Origin: Candidatus Blochmanniella floridana
Lineage (GTDB): Bacteria > Pseudomonadota > Gammaproteobacteria > Enterobacterales > Enterobacteriaceae
Length of the DNA stretch: 32,000 bases
Assembly (NCBI GenBank): GCA_000043285.1
Contig: BX248583.1
Coordinates: forward strand, 450,001 to 482,000
Direction: 5' to 3'
The first letter of the stretch is position 1. Every line of letters begins with the position of its first letter. The position numbers and the translations under genes were made by a program. Below are positions 9,061-18,710 of the stretch, in pieces. The notes beneath the pieces were generated by a model. It made no database searches. It worked only from the letters and a program-made list of their open reading frames with translations, and had not been told where the DNA came from.

Positions 9061-10473
9061 ATGAATACTATATCTATAGTAAAAATTTTAAATGAATTTG
9101 ATCAACTACAAAACACTGAAATTACTTTATATGGTTGGATTCGAACAAGACGACATTCTAAAACTAAAATTACCTTTCTTAATTTATATGATGGATCTTG
9201 TTTAGAATCCTTACAAATAGTGGTAAAAAACAACTTACATAATTATGAAACAGATATTCTAAAATTAACTACTGGTTGTTCTATTATAGCTAAAGGCTAC
9301 ATAACTAATTCACTTGGTACAAAACAACGTATAGAACTTATTGCAACATATATTCAAGTATTAGGGTGGATAGATAATCCTAGTACTTATCCAATAACCA
9401 CTAAAAAACATTCTATGGAATACTTAAGAAATGTTGCGCATTTAAGACCTCGTACACATATTTTTGGAGCTATTTCTCGGATTAGACATGTACTATTTCA
9501 ATCAATTCACAACCTTATGAATACAAAAGGATTTATTTGGGTACCTACTCCAATAATTACTGCCTCAGATACCGAAGGTAACAGCAAAATGTTTTATGTA
9601 TCTGAATTATTAAACAATTCAAAAAAGTCACAAAATATATGTAACTCACATCAAAAAATTCCAGAACTTTTTTTTGGAAAAGAAGCATTTTTAACGGTAT
9701 CAGGCCAACTCAATGTAGAATCATACGCTTGTGCGTTAACCAAAGTTTATACTTTTGGACCAACTTTTCGAGCAGAACATTCTAATACTAATCGACACTT
9801 AGCTGAATTTTGGATGTTAGAACCAGAAATGGCTTTCACAGATTTAAATATTATTATTAAAATAGCAGATTCTTTACTAAAAGATATTGTACAAACTATA
9901 TTAGAACAATGTATTAATGATATAGAATATTGTGCAAGTCATATAAAAGAATATAATCTTATAAAACGATTAGAAAATTTTTTACACAGTAAAATTATTC
10001 ATATAGAATATACTGATGCAATTAAATTGTTAAGCTCATGTGATAAAACATTTAATAATACTATATACTGGGGAATGGATTTATTTTCAGAACATGAAAA
10101 ATATTTATCAGAAGAGTATTTTCAATCCCCTATAGTAATTAAAAACCACCCTAAAAATATTAAAGCTTTCTATATGAGATTAAATGATGATAATAAAACT
10201 GTATCATCAATGGATATTTTAGTACCCGGAATTGGAGAAATCATCGGAGGTTCACAACGAGAAGAACGTTTATCTATATTAGATAAACGTTTACTAGAAA
10301 ATAATCTTAAAACAGAATGTTATTGGTGGTATCGAGATTTACGTCGTTATGGAACAGTACCGCATTCAGGATTTGGATTAGGATTCGAAAGATTAATAAT
10401 ATATATTACTGGATTAACCAATATTAGAGATGCTGTTCCTTTTCCTAGAACAATCAACAGCATTAATTTTTAA
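9061..10473 (+). CDS. asnS: Asparagine--tRNA ligase
   Basis: The 470-aa ORF has class II motifs (FGPTFRAEHSNTNRHLAEFWMLEPE; GGSQREER; GTVPHSGFGLGFERL) and is collinear with E. coli AsnS. Confidence 0.95.
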   Translation: MNTISIVKILNEFDQLQNTEITLYGWIRTRRHSKTKITFLNLYDGSCLESLQIVVKNNLHNYETDILKLTTGCSIIAKGYITNSLGTKQRIELIATYIQVLGWIDNPSTYPITTKKHSMEYLRNVAHLRPRTHIFGAISRIRHVLFQSIHNLMNTKGFIWVPTPIITASDTEGNSKMFYVSELLNNSKKSQNICNSHQKIPELFFGKEAFLTVSGQLNVESYACALTKVYTFGPTFRAEHSNTNRHLAEFWMLEPEMAFTDLNIIIKIADSLLKDIVQTILEQCINDIEYCASHIKEYNLIKRLENFLHSKIIHIEYTDAIKLLSSCDKTFNNTIYWGMDLFSEHEKYLSEEYFQSPIVIKNHPKNIKAFYMRLNDDNKTVSSMDILVPGIGEIIGGSQREERLSILDKRLLENNLKTECYWWYRDLRRYGTVPHSGFGLGFERLIIYITGLTNIRDAVPFPRTINSINF

Positions 10474-10602
10474 TATTTAATACCCTGAAAATATTAAATT
10501 TATTAATTATATAAAAATATAAAAAATTAATAGTTGCATTTATAATAAATTTTGATATAAATAAAGTACTCTATACATCACCATTTAATGGATGCGATAA
10601 TT

Positions 10603-11823
10603 ATGTTTAAATCAATGATAATGGCTCCACCAGACCCAATTCTTGGATTATCAAAAATTTATCATTCTGACACTAAAAAAAACAAAATTAATCTTGGTAT
10701 TGGAGTATATATAGAAAAATTTCATGCAGCTCCAATTTTAGAAAGCGTTAAACAAGCTGAAGATTTATTACTCAAAAAAGAAATTAGTAAAAATTATCTT
10801 GCTATTGAAGGTTCTAATGACTTTAATAATGCCAATCAAACATTATTATTTGGACCAAATGACTCAATAATATCAAAAAATAGGATTAGAACTGTTCAAG
10901 CTCCTGGAGGAACTGGAGCATTGAGAATAGCCGCGGAATGTATTGCAAAATATGATAATACTATAAATAAAAAAAGACGAATATGGATTAGCGAACCTAG
11001 CTGGGTAAATCATAAAAATATTTTTTTTGCTGCTGGATTAGAAGTATGTACTTATCCATATTATCAAAAATCTACACACTCCATTGAATTTGATAAACTG
11101 ATTGATACTTTCAACAATATAGTAAAACCTGGAGATATAGTTTTATTACACGGTTGTTGTCATAATCCAACCGGAATGGATCCTACTATAGAACAATGGA
11201 AAATGTTATCTGAATGTGCAGAAAAAAATAGATGGATACCTTTGTTTGATCTGGCATATCAAGGATTTGATAATGGATTACAAGAAGACTTGATAGGATT
11301 ACATATGTTTTGTAAAAACAATCCAGAATTAATAGTCTGTAATTCTTACTCCAAAAATTTTGGTTTGTATAACGAACGTGTAGGAGCATGTACTATAATT
11401 ACTGAAAACAATAATCATGCTGATTGTGTGCTAAGCCAACTACGAGCGACCATTAGGGCAATTTATTCTAATCCACCAGCACATGGAGCTGCCATTGTAT
11501 CTACAATTTTACAAAATAAAACACTACGTTTCATTTGGGAAAAAGAATTAAAAAATATGAGAGATCATATTAAAAATATGCGTAAATTGTTATTTAATAC
11601 ACTGAATAAATATAAAAATAGTAAAGTAATAAATCAAGATTTTAGTTTTATTAATAATCAAAAAGGTATGTTTGCCTATATAGGATTAAACTCTAATCAA
11701 GTAATTAAATTACGTGAAGAATTAGGAATTTATTTAGTAGATTCTGGTAGGCTAAACTTAGCAGGTTTATCACACAAAAATATCGATTACATATGTAATG
11801 CAATATGTAACTTATACATTTAA
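10603..11823 (+). CDS. aspC: Aspartate aminotransferase
   Basis: MFKSMIMAPPDPILGL... aligns with the E. coli AspC N-terminus MFENITAAPADPILGL. The PLP-lysine region NSYSKNFGLYNERVG is present. The track start at 10588 adds 5 residues and remains possible. Confidence 0.93.
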   Translation: MFKSMIMAPPDPILGLSKIYHSDTKKNKINLGIGVYIEKFHAAPILESVKQAEDLLLKKEISKNYLAIEGSNDFNNANQTLLFGPNDSIISKNRIRTVQAPGGTGALRIAAECIAKYDNTINKKRRIWISEPSWVNHKNIFFAAGLEVCTYPYYQKSTHSIEFDKLIDTFNNIVKPGDIVLLHGCCHNPTGMDPTIEQWKMLSECAEKNRWIPLFDLAYQGFDNGLQEDLIGLHMFCKNNPELIVCNSYSKNFGLYNERVGACTIITENNNHADCVLSQLRATIRAIYSNPPAHGAAIVSTILQNKTLRFIWEKELKNMRDHIKNMRKLLFNTLNKYKNSKVINQDFSFINNQKGMFAYIGLNSNQVIKLREELGIYLVDSGRLNLAGLSHKNIDYICNAICNLYI

Positions 11824-11879
11824 AAAGAACCGCCAAATATGCTTTATCTAAAGCATATTTGGCGGTTCTTTTTAAATGT
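11816..11879. terminator. Bidirectional rho-independent terminator between convergent aspC and gloC (perfect 31-bp arms, 2-nt centre)
   Basis: ACATTTAAAAAGAACCGCCAAATATGCTTTA-tc-TAAAGCATATTTGGCGGTTCTTTTTAAATGT, with all 31 pairs checked by hand. It has a GC core (GAACCGCC/GGCGGTTC) flanked by A5 and T5 runs. It overlaps the aspC stop codon and ends 8 nt before the gloC stop. Confidence 0.85.
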
Positions 11880-11887
11880 CAAAAAAC

Positions 11888-12526
11888 TTAAACTAAAAAA
11901 ACATTATTAGATCGTTCATAACCTATAGTAGAAATAGGACCATGACCTGGTAAAAAAACAATATCATCACTCAAAGACAATAATTTAGTTCTAATTGAAT
12001 GCATTAAAACAGTATAATCACCCCCTGGTAAATCTGATCGCCCAATATGTTTTTTAAATAAAACATCTCCCATAATAATAAATTTTTGCAATTTATTCCA
12101 CAACACTACATGTCCAGGAGAATGCCCCGGGCAATGCAATACATTAAATTTCTCATAACCTACTTGTATTTGATCGCCATCCTTTAACCAAAAATCAGGC
12201 TTAACCGTAATATGTAACATTGGTTTAACATTAAGTATCTGACATTGTAAATACAAATCATTTAACAAAAAACGATCCTGCTCATTTGGACCAAAAATAG
12301 GAACTCCATAATACCTTTTAATCTCCATCGCATCTCCTACATGATCTAAATGCCCATGAGTCAACACAATTTTATTTACTACAACTTTTAATAGATCAAT
12401 TGCTTTGTATATTTTTTCCTTTTCTCCTCCTGGATCTACTACAATAGCATTCTTAGTTTGTTCACACCAAATAATTGAACAATTTTGATTAAAAGAAGTT
12501 ACCGGTATAATATGATATTGCATCAT
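11888..12526 (-). CDS. gloC: Metallo-beta-lactamase-fold hydroxyacylglutathione hydrolase (YcbL/GloC type)
   Basis: The 212-aa ORF has MMQYHIIPVTSFNQNCSIIWCEQT..., LTHGHLDHVG (the HxHxDH motif) and ..HCPGHSPGHV..PGHGP.. It is collinear with E. coli YcbL. Confidence 0.85.
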   Translation of the reverse strand: MMQYHIIPVTSFNQNCSIIWCEQTKNAIVVDPGGEKEKIYKAIDLLKVVVNKIVLTHGHLDHVGDAMEIKRYYGVPIFGPNEQDRFLLNDLYLQCQILNVKPMLHITVKPDFWLKDGDQIQVGYEKFNVLHCPGHSPGHVVLWNKLQKFIIMGDVLFKKHIGRSDLPGGDYTVLMHSIRTKLLSLSDDIVFLPGHGPISTIGYERSNNVFLV

Positions 12527-12616
12527 CTTCTATTCTAACCAATATTAAAATAAATTAATTTAAACAACAATAATATCAAAACTAAACATTATAAATCAGT
12601 ATTACATTGCTACAAA

Positions 12617-13402
12617 TTATACTGTATCTACATCAGAAACAATATTAAAGCCACCATCAACATAAATTACTTCTCCAGTAATGCCAGAAGATAAATCAGA
12701 ACATAAAAATGCCGCAACATTACCTATCTCTTCAACAGTAACATTACGACGAATAGGAGACTTATGCTTATGATGAGATAACATCTGTCTAAAATTCAAA
12801 ATTCCAGAAGATGCTAATGTTCGTACAGGACCAGCAGAAATAGCATTTACACGTATTCCTTCAGGTCCCATAGCGCCAGCCATATACTTAGTATTAGTTT
12901 CTAATGAAGCTTTAGCCAATCCCATCACATTATAATTTGGTATAACTCGATTGGATCCCGCATACGTAATAGTCACCAAAGATGATGAATCACTTAACAT
13001 ATTTCTACATGCTTTTGCCATTCCAACAAAACTATAAGAGCTAATTGTATGTGCGATCTCAAATCCAGTTCTAGTAACATTATTTACATAATCACCCTGT
13101 AATTGATCACCAGGAGCAAATGCAATAGCATGAATAAAACCATCAAATAGTGGCCATTCCTTTTTTAATTCCATGAACAATTTTACAATAGATTCATCAC
13201 TAGCAACATCACAAGGTAATACAATATTACTAGATGAAAAAAGACGAGATATATCTTGAACCCTAGATTTCAACCTATCATTATGATAAGTAAATGCTAA
13301 ATTTGCTCCTTCTCTATGCAATACTTGCGCTATTCCATACGCTATAGAACGATTATTAGCTATCCCTGTAACCAAAATACGTTTATTATTTAATAACAAC
13401 AT
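12617..13402 (-). CDS. fabI: Enoyl-ACP reductase (NADH)
   Basis: The 261-aa ORF contains [20 protein letters not shown]..., ..[12 protein letters not shown].. (catalytic Tyr/Lys region) and ..[12 protein letters not shown]. It is collinear with E. coli FabI. Confidence 0.95.
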   Translation of the reverse strand: MLLLNNKRILVTGIANNRSIAYGIAQVLHREGANLAFTYHNDRLKSRVQDISRLFSSSNIVLPCDVASDESIVKLFMELKKEWPLFDGFIHAIAFAPGDQLQGDYVNNVTRTGFEIAHTISSYSFVGMAKACRNMLSDSSSLVTITYAGSNRVIPNYNVMGLAKASLETNTKYMAGAMGPEGIRVNAISAGPVRTLASSGILNFRQMLSHHKHKSPIRRNVTVEEIGNVAAFLCSDLSSGITGEVIYVDGGFNIVSDVDTV

Positions 13403-14181
13403 ACCATTATTTACCCTACCATATCATATCTAATGTGAACTAATAATCCTTCTATAATACTAATTGGACTAATAAATTTATCTACCATTTTCCATTTTTT
13501 ATATGTTATCATATAAACTTTTATAATGCTACAACATACATCAACAATACACAATGCTGTTCAAATATATATACAAACTTACTAATCACTATTCTATAAC
13601 AACAAATAATATATATTCTGTAACAATCATCAATAATTTAAATATCAAAGATATTTTGAAATTTCTATATCATTTATCATGAATAATTAAGTAATTATGT
13701 AATTTTATCGAATACTGTATAAAATCTTTATGCATTACTTACAATTCATATTTCTTATGCGCAATTAAATAATTATCAATTATATAAAAAATTACAATAC
13801 ACGATACAATGTATTTAACTAATAAATAAAAAATCCATTGTCTTTAAATAAAAACTGTATAACAATTTAAAAAATTTCTATATACATATAAAAATAAGAG
13901 ATAAAATTTAATATAATTAACATTAATTTAATTAAACAAAATAATAATTATTAAAATTGATATATCTCAGATACAAAGATAAAAATACTTATTTATATTA
14001 AAATATAAAATCATCTACATAATTAAATGATTACTACATAAAATATATAAAATCTATTATTACCAAATACAACGCTGATATATTTATTTTCAATATCATT
14101 TAATTCTTTTTTATTACAATAAATATCTATAATACTGAATATAATCAATAATAATATTATATAATTTAGGAGATCATAATA

Positions 14182-14781
14182 ATGCAATTAAAACGCGTAG
14201 CAGAAGCAAAACTACCAACATTTTGGGGAGACTTTTTAATAATAGGATTTAAAGAAAATCAAACAGAACACAATCATATTGCTTTAACATATGGTGATCT
14301 TACAGGATCAAATCCAGTACTAACACGCATACATTCTGAATGTTTAACAGGTGATGCACTATTTAGTTCTAGATGTGATTGTGGTATTCAATTAAGTACA
14401 GCATTACGTTATATTACGGAAGAAGGCCAAGGTATATTGATATATCATCGACAAGAAGGACGTAATATTGGTCTACTCAATAAAATTCGTGCTTATTCCT
14501 TACAAGATCATGGAGCAGATACTGTAGAAGCAAATCAATGCTTAGGTTTTAATGCAGATGAAAGAGATTTCACAGTATGTGCAGATATTTTAAAATTATT
14601 GAACATACAAACTATTCGCCTTTTGACAAATAATCCTCAAAAAATAGAAATATTAAATAAATCCCATATCATAGTTACGGAAAGAGTTCCGCTAATAGTA
14701 GGAAGAAATCCTAAAAATTCAAAATATCTAGATACAAAAGCACTAAAATTAGGACATTTATTTTCTTCCTACTACAAATAA
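14182..14781 (+). CDS. ribA: GTP cyclohydrolase II
   Basis: [18 protein letters not shown]...[20 protein letters not shown]...[18 protein letters not shown] is nearly identical to E. coli RibA. A strong SD, AGGAG, lies 8 nt upstream. Confidence 0.95.
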   Translation: MQLKRVAEAKLPTFWGDFLIIGFKENQTEHNHIALTYGDLTGSNPVLTRIHSECLTGDALFSSRCDCGIQLSTALRYITEEGQGILIYHRQEGRNIGLLNKIRAYSLQDHGADTVEANQCLGFNADERDFTVCADILKLLNIQTIRLLTNNPQKIEILNKSHIIVTERVPLIVGRNPKNSKYLDTKALKLGHLFSSYYK

Positions 14782-15504
14782 TATAATAATATCTAATCTA
14801 TATAAATAGAACTTTATAAACCAGTAACACAAACAATTTGCCTTGTACAATATCCCATATTTATCTATTTCTACTTTAATTTTAAAATTAATACTCTTAT
14901 ATTAAAAGATATCAATATTTTCATTTATGCATTAATTAACTGATTGAATTATAAAACGCCGAATGTATAAAAATTCATCTTATTATTGATTTGAGTAATA
15001 TCACTTGTAATCAATAATAATTAAACATTTCTTTATTAAAAATAAAATTAATTTATATCGACAATACTTTAATATGAATAAAATACAGATCAACATATCC
15101 AGATTAATTATATATTATATAACTTATATATATGATTATAATCAATATTATTAATAAAAATTATAAAAATTCTCACATACTAAAATATATCATTATTCTA
15201 ATATATATAATCAATAAATCGGAAGGATTTAATTAATATGAATTAAATTTCTAATAAATTTTTAAAAAACTAACAACTATCATTGTAATATTGTATAATT
15301 CATACTCTATATATAACTTATACACATCTATAATCACATAGATGGTAATCATTCATGCAAAATATGAAAATTAAATATTATTTATATAACATCATTAAAT
15401 AACTTATTTAAATTTTAACATATATTTTATATATAAATAACTATATAATACTCTTAAATTCATTCTAATCACAGATACAATTAAACAATTACAATACTCA
15501 GGAA

Positions 15505-17073
15505 ATGATGAAATATCAAATCACACATGCAGAAAACTTTAGAATTCCAGTACTATATCATTCCAATCCAACCATAGTTTTTAATCAGTTATGTAGAAAT
15601 CGTTATTCAACATTATTATTAGAATCCGCAGAAATCCAAAACAAAAGCAATATAGAAAGTATGATGATTATTGATAGTGCATTAAGAATCACAGCTTATA
15701 ATACAAATGTCATAATTCATACCCTGACTAGAAACGGAATTAATTTACTACCACTATTACAAAAAACACTACCTAGTATTGTTAAAATAAAAAAAATACA
15801 TGCTGGAATGCAATTAACATTTCCAATGATACAAGATAAAACCGATGAAGATACACGTCTTAAATCAATCTCTATTTTAGATTGTTTACGATCATTACTA
15901 AAAATCATAAAAACGCCTAAAGATAATCCTAAATCTATATTCTTAGGAGGATTATTTTCTTATGATTTAATATCATGTTTTGAACCTGTACCAAAATTTA
16001 CCAATGATATTATATGTCCAGACTATTGCTTTTACTTATCTGAAATATTATTAATTTTTGATCATCAAAAAAAACTTGCAGAATTACATGGCACATTATT
16101 TATTCCTGATATTACAGAAAAAAATAGATTACAAAGTAGAATGCATGAATTAAAAAAACAAATTAATCATCAAACCCATAATACTATTCCACATAAACCT
16201 ATACAGAATATACAATTAAATTGTAATCAAGATGATGAATCTTATAAAAAAACTATCCGTAAAATACAACACGCCATACAAAGAGGAGAAATATTACAAG
16301 CCGTACCATCAAGATGTTTTTTCCTACCATGTCCTTCTCCGTTAGCAGCATATCATGAATTAAAAACTAATAATCCTAGTCCTTACATGTTTTTCATGCA
16401 AGATGAAATATTCACTTTATTTGGAGCATCTCCAGAAAGCTCATTGAAATATGATGCTAAAACTAGAAAAATTGAAATTCATCCCATAGCCGGCACTAGA
16501 GCACGCGCATACTATAATGATGGCTCATTAGATATGGATACAGACAACAAAATAGAATTAGAAATGCGTTTAAATCATAAAGAATTATCAGAACATTTAA
16601 TGTTAGTAGATTTAGCCAGAAATGATTTAGCTCGAGTTTGTACAGCCGGTAGTCGCTACGTAGCTGACTTATTAAAAGTAGACCGTTATTCTTATGTTAT
16701 GCATTTAGTCTCTAAAGTGATAGGAAAATTAGATCCTAGTCTTGATGCTTTACATGCTTATCGAGCTTGTATGAACATGGGCACATTAACAGGAGCACCA
16801 AAAATTAAGGCTATGCAAATAATCCATAAAGTGGAAAGTAGACGTCGAAATACTTACGGTGGAGCAATTGGATATTTAACAGGATTAGGTAATTTAGATA
16901 CATGTATCATAATTAGATCAGCTTATGTTATAAATGGAATAGCTACTGTACAAGCAGGAGCTGGCATTGTAATAGATTCTGAACCCCAATCTGAAGCTGA
17001 CGAAAGTAGAAATAAAGCACGAGCCGTGTTACGCTCCATTGCTATAGCTCATAATTGTAAGGAAATTTTCTAA
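15505..17073 (+). CDS. trpE: Anthranilate synthase component I
   Basis: The 522-aa ORF has the LLLESAEI, NPSPYMFFMQD, GASPESSLKYD, IAGTR and LMLVDLARNDLARVC motifs and is collinear with E. coli TrpE. The second ATG at 15508 is also possible. Confidence 0.95.
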   Translation: MMKYQITHAENFRIPVLYHSNPTIVFNQLCRNRYSTLLLESAEIQNKSNIESMMIIDSALRITAYNTNVIIHTLTRNGINLLPLLQKTLPSIVKIKKIHAGMQLTFPMIQDKTDEDTRLKSISILDCLRSLLKIIKTPKDNPKSIFLGGLFSYDLISCFEPVPKFTNDIICPDYCFYLSEILLIFDHQKKLAELHGTLFIPDITEKNRLQSRMHELKKQINHQTHNTIPHKPIQNIQLNCNQDDESYKKTIRKIQHAIQRGEILQAVPSRCFFLPCPSPLAAYHELKTNNPSPYMFFMQDEIFTLFGASPESSLKYDAKTRKIEIHPIAGTRARAYYNDGSLDMDTDNKIELEMRLNHKELSEHLMLVDLARNDLARVCTAGSRYVADLLKVDRYSYVMHLVSKVIGKLDPSLDALHAYRACMNMGTLTGAPKIKAMQIIHKVESRRRNTYGGAIGYLTGLGNLDTCIIIRSAYVINGIATVQAGAGIVIDSEPQSEADESRNKARAVLRSIAIAHNCKEIF

Positions 17074-17080
17074 ATACATC

Positions 17081-17662
17081 ATGGTAAATGTAATTTTATT
17101 AAATAATCTTGATTCATTTACATACAACTTAGTAGATCAGCTACGTAGTAACAATCACCAAGTATCAGTATACTCTAGTCAACTACCAATATCAGTTATT
17201 ATGGAAGCATTGATAAATATAAATAATCCTATTTTAATACTATCTCCTGGACCTGGAATCCCTAAGCACTCTGGATGTATGATGTATTTAATAAAGCAAT
17301 TAAAGGGCCGTATACCAATCATTGGCATATGTTTAGGATATCAAGCAATTATACAATTATATGGTGGCCACATATCACAATCAACAGAAATTTTTCATGG
17401 TAGATCTTCTTTAATATATCATGATCAATTAGGTATGTTTACTGATATTCCAAATCCTTTATTAGTCGCTAGATATCATTCACTCATAGGTATTGATATT
17501 CCTAATAATTTAAAAATTAATGCTTACTACAATACAAAAACAGCTATGTCAGTACGTAATGATCATGATCGAATTTGTGGATTTCAATTTCATCCTGAAT
17601 CCATATTAACTGCACATGGAACACAATTAATCAATCAAACAATTAAATGGACACAAATTTAA
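17081..17662 (+). CDS. trpG: Anthranilate synthase component II (glutamine amidotransferase), free-standing
   Basis: The 193-aa ORF has the triad-GATase motifs PIIGICLGYQA and GFQFHPES. It starts 7 nt after the trpE stop. Confidence 0.93.
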   Translation: MVNVILLNNLDSFTYNLVDQLRSNNHQVSVYSSQLPISVIMEALININNPILILSPGPGIPKHSGCMMYLIKQLKGRIPIIGICLGYQAIIQLYGGHISQSTEIFHGRSSLIYHDQLGMFTDIPNPLLVARYHSLIGIDIPNNLKINAYYNTKTAMSVRNDHDRICGFQFHPESILTAHGTQLINQTIKWTQI

Positions 17663-18699
17663 ATAAAATTGATAAAATGACTATAAAAAAAATACTACAT
17701 ATATTATATCAAGGAGACAGTCTGAATAAAACACAAACTGCACAATTAATGCATAGCATTATACATAAACAATTATCTCCCATACAAATCACAGCTGCTC
17801 TTATCAGTATGAAAATACAAGGAGAAACTATCGAAGAAATCGTAGGATCAGCACGTACATTATTAACTTATTCTAAACCCTGTTTCAAACCAAATAGCTT
17901 GTTTGCAGATATTACAGGCACTGGAGGAGATGGAAAACATACTATTAATATTTCTACAGCAAGCGCTCTTGTAGCTTCAACTTGTAATGTTAAAATTATT
18001 AAACACGGTAATTATACCATATCTGGATTAAGTGGATCTATGGATTTTTTAACGTTATATAATATAGATTCAACAAATAAAATTAATCAAAATCTAAAAA
18101 ATTTTACTGAACTAGGAATATGTTTTTTATGCGCCTCAGAATATTATTCAATATTCAAAGACATACAATATATACGAAAACAATTAAATACTCCTACTTT
18201 ATTTAATATAATAGGACCGTTAATTAATCCAGCACGACCACCATTTGCTTTAATTGGAGTATACAAAAAAGAATTGCTTTTTCCGGTAGCTCAAGCATTA
18301 AAACAATTAAACTATAATCGAGCTATAGTTGTCCATGGTGATGGTATTGATGAAGTTAGTTTACACCATTCCACAACAGTATTAGAATTATATGATGATG
18401 GAAGGATTTCTGATTATACAGTAACCCCAGAAGATTTTGGATTGCACACACATCCAATACAGGAATTATATTGTGATTCAAAACAAACAGCATATAATAG
18501 TATTATTAATATATTACAAGGTAAAGGAAAACCATCTCATATGGAAACAGTAGCTGCTAATGTGGCTTTGTTATTAAAACTATTCGGACAAAATGATTTA
18601 CGCCTAAATGCATCCAATGCATTAAATCAAATGTATAACGGAGAACCATACAAAAAATTATTATCCTTATCACGACTCAATAATAATATCATTAGTTAA
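17647..18699 (+). CDS. trpD: Anthranilate phosphoribosyltransferase
   Basis: Contains ADITGTGGDGKHTINISTASA, KHGN, LFNIIGPLINPA and VVHGDGIDEV, and is collinear with the TrpD half of E. coli TrpGD. The ORF start at 17647 overlaps trpG by 16 nt. An alternative start is ATG 17677 (MTIKKIL...). Confidence 0.92.
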   Translation: MDTNLNKIDKMTIKKILHILYQGDSLNKTQTAQLMHSIIHKQLSPIQITAALISMKIQGETIEEIVGSARTLLTYSKPCFKPNSLFADITGTGGDGKHTINISTASALVASTCNVKIIKHGNYTISGLSGSMDFLTLYNIDSTNKINQNLKNFTELGICFLCASEYYSIFKDIQYIRKQLNTPTLFNIIGPLINPARPPFALIGVYKKELLFPVAQALKQLNYNRAIVVHGDGIDEVSLHHSTTVLELYDDGRISDYTVTPEDFGLHTHPIQELYCDSKQTAYNSIINILQGKGKPSHMETVAANVALLLKLFGQNDLRLNASNALNQMYNGEPYKKLLSLSRLNNNIIS

Positions 18700-18710
18700 A
18701 TTTTATAAAT

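Noticed and set aside
13733-13767. A dif-like sequence on the minus strand (ATTGCGCATAA-GAAATA-TGAATTGTAAG) in the fabI-ribA spacer. The GC-containing TGCGCATAA core matches the XerC arm of E. coli dif.
   Set aside because: Only the XerC-arm half matches (9/11). The XerD arm, normally the best conserved, matches at about 5/11. A 9-mer match alone is not sufficient.
14980-15020. A 12-bp AT-only inverted repeat (TTATTATTGATT ... AATCAATAATAA, 17-nt spacer) upstream of trpE. A similar 12-bp pair lies at about 5491-5557, and 8-11-bp pairs lie near 3008-3031, 7118-7146, 8984-9003 and 10474-10502.
   Set aside because: A rough composition-adjusted expectation gives several 10-12-bp AT inverted repeats by chance in 32 kb. 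None has a G:C core or a U-tract.
15355-15402. A 15-codon mini-ORF (MQNMKIKYYLYNIIK*) about 100 nt upstream of trpE, considered as a trpL-like leader peptide.
   Set aside because: It has no Trp codons and no convincing SD, and no terminator or antiterminator hairpins follow it. ORFs of this size arise by chance here.
18001-18039. TrpD reads KHGNYTISGLSGS where I recall KHGNR..SSKSGS in E. coli, raising the possibility of loss of conserved basic residues near the PRPP site.
   Set aside because: I am relying on memory of the motif and cannot weigh it without an alignment. GTGGD and the rest of the protein are well conserved and the frame is intact. This is most simply ordinary symbiont sequence drift.
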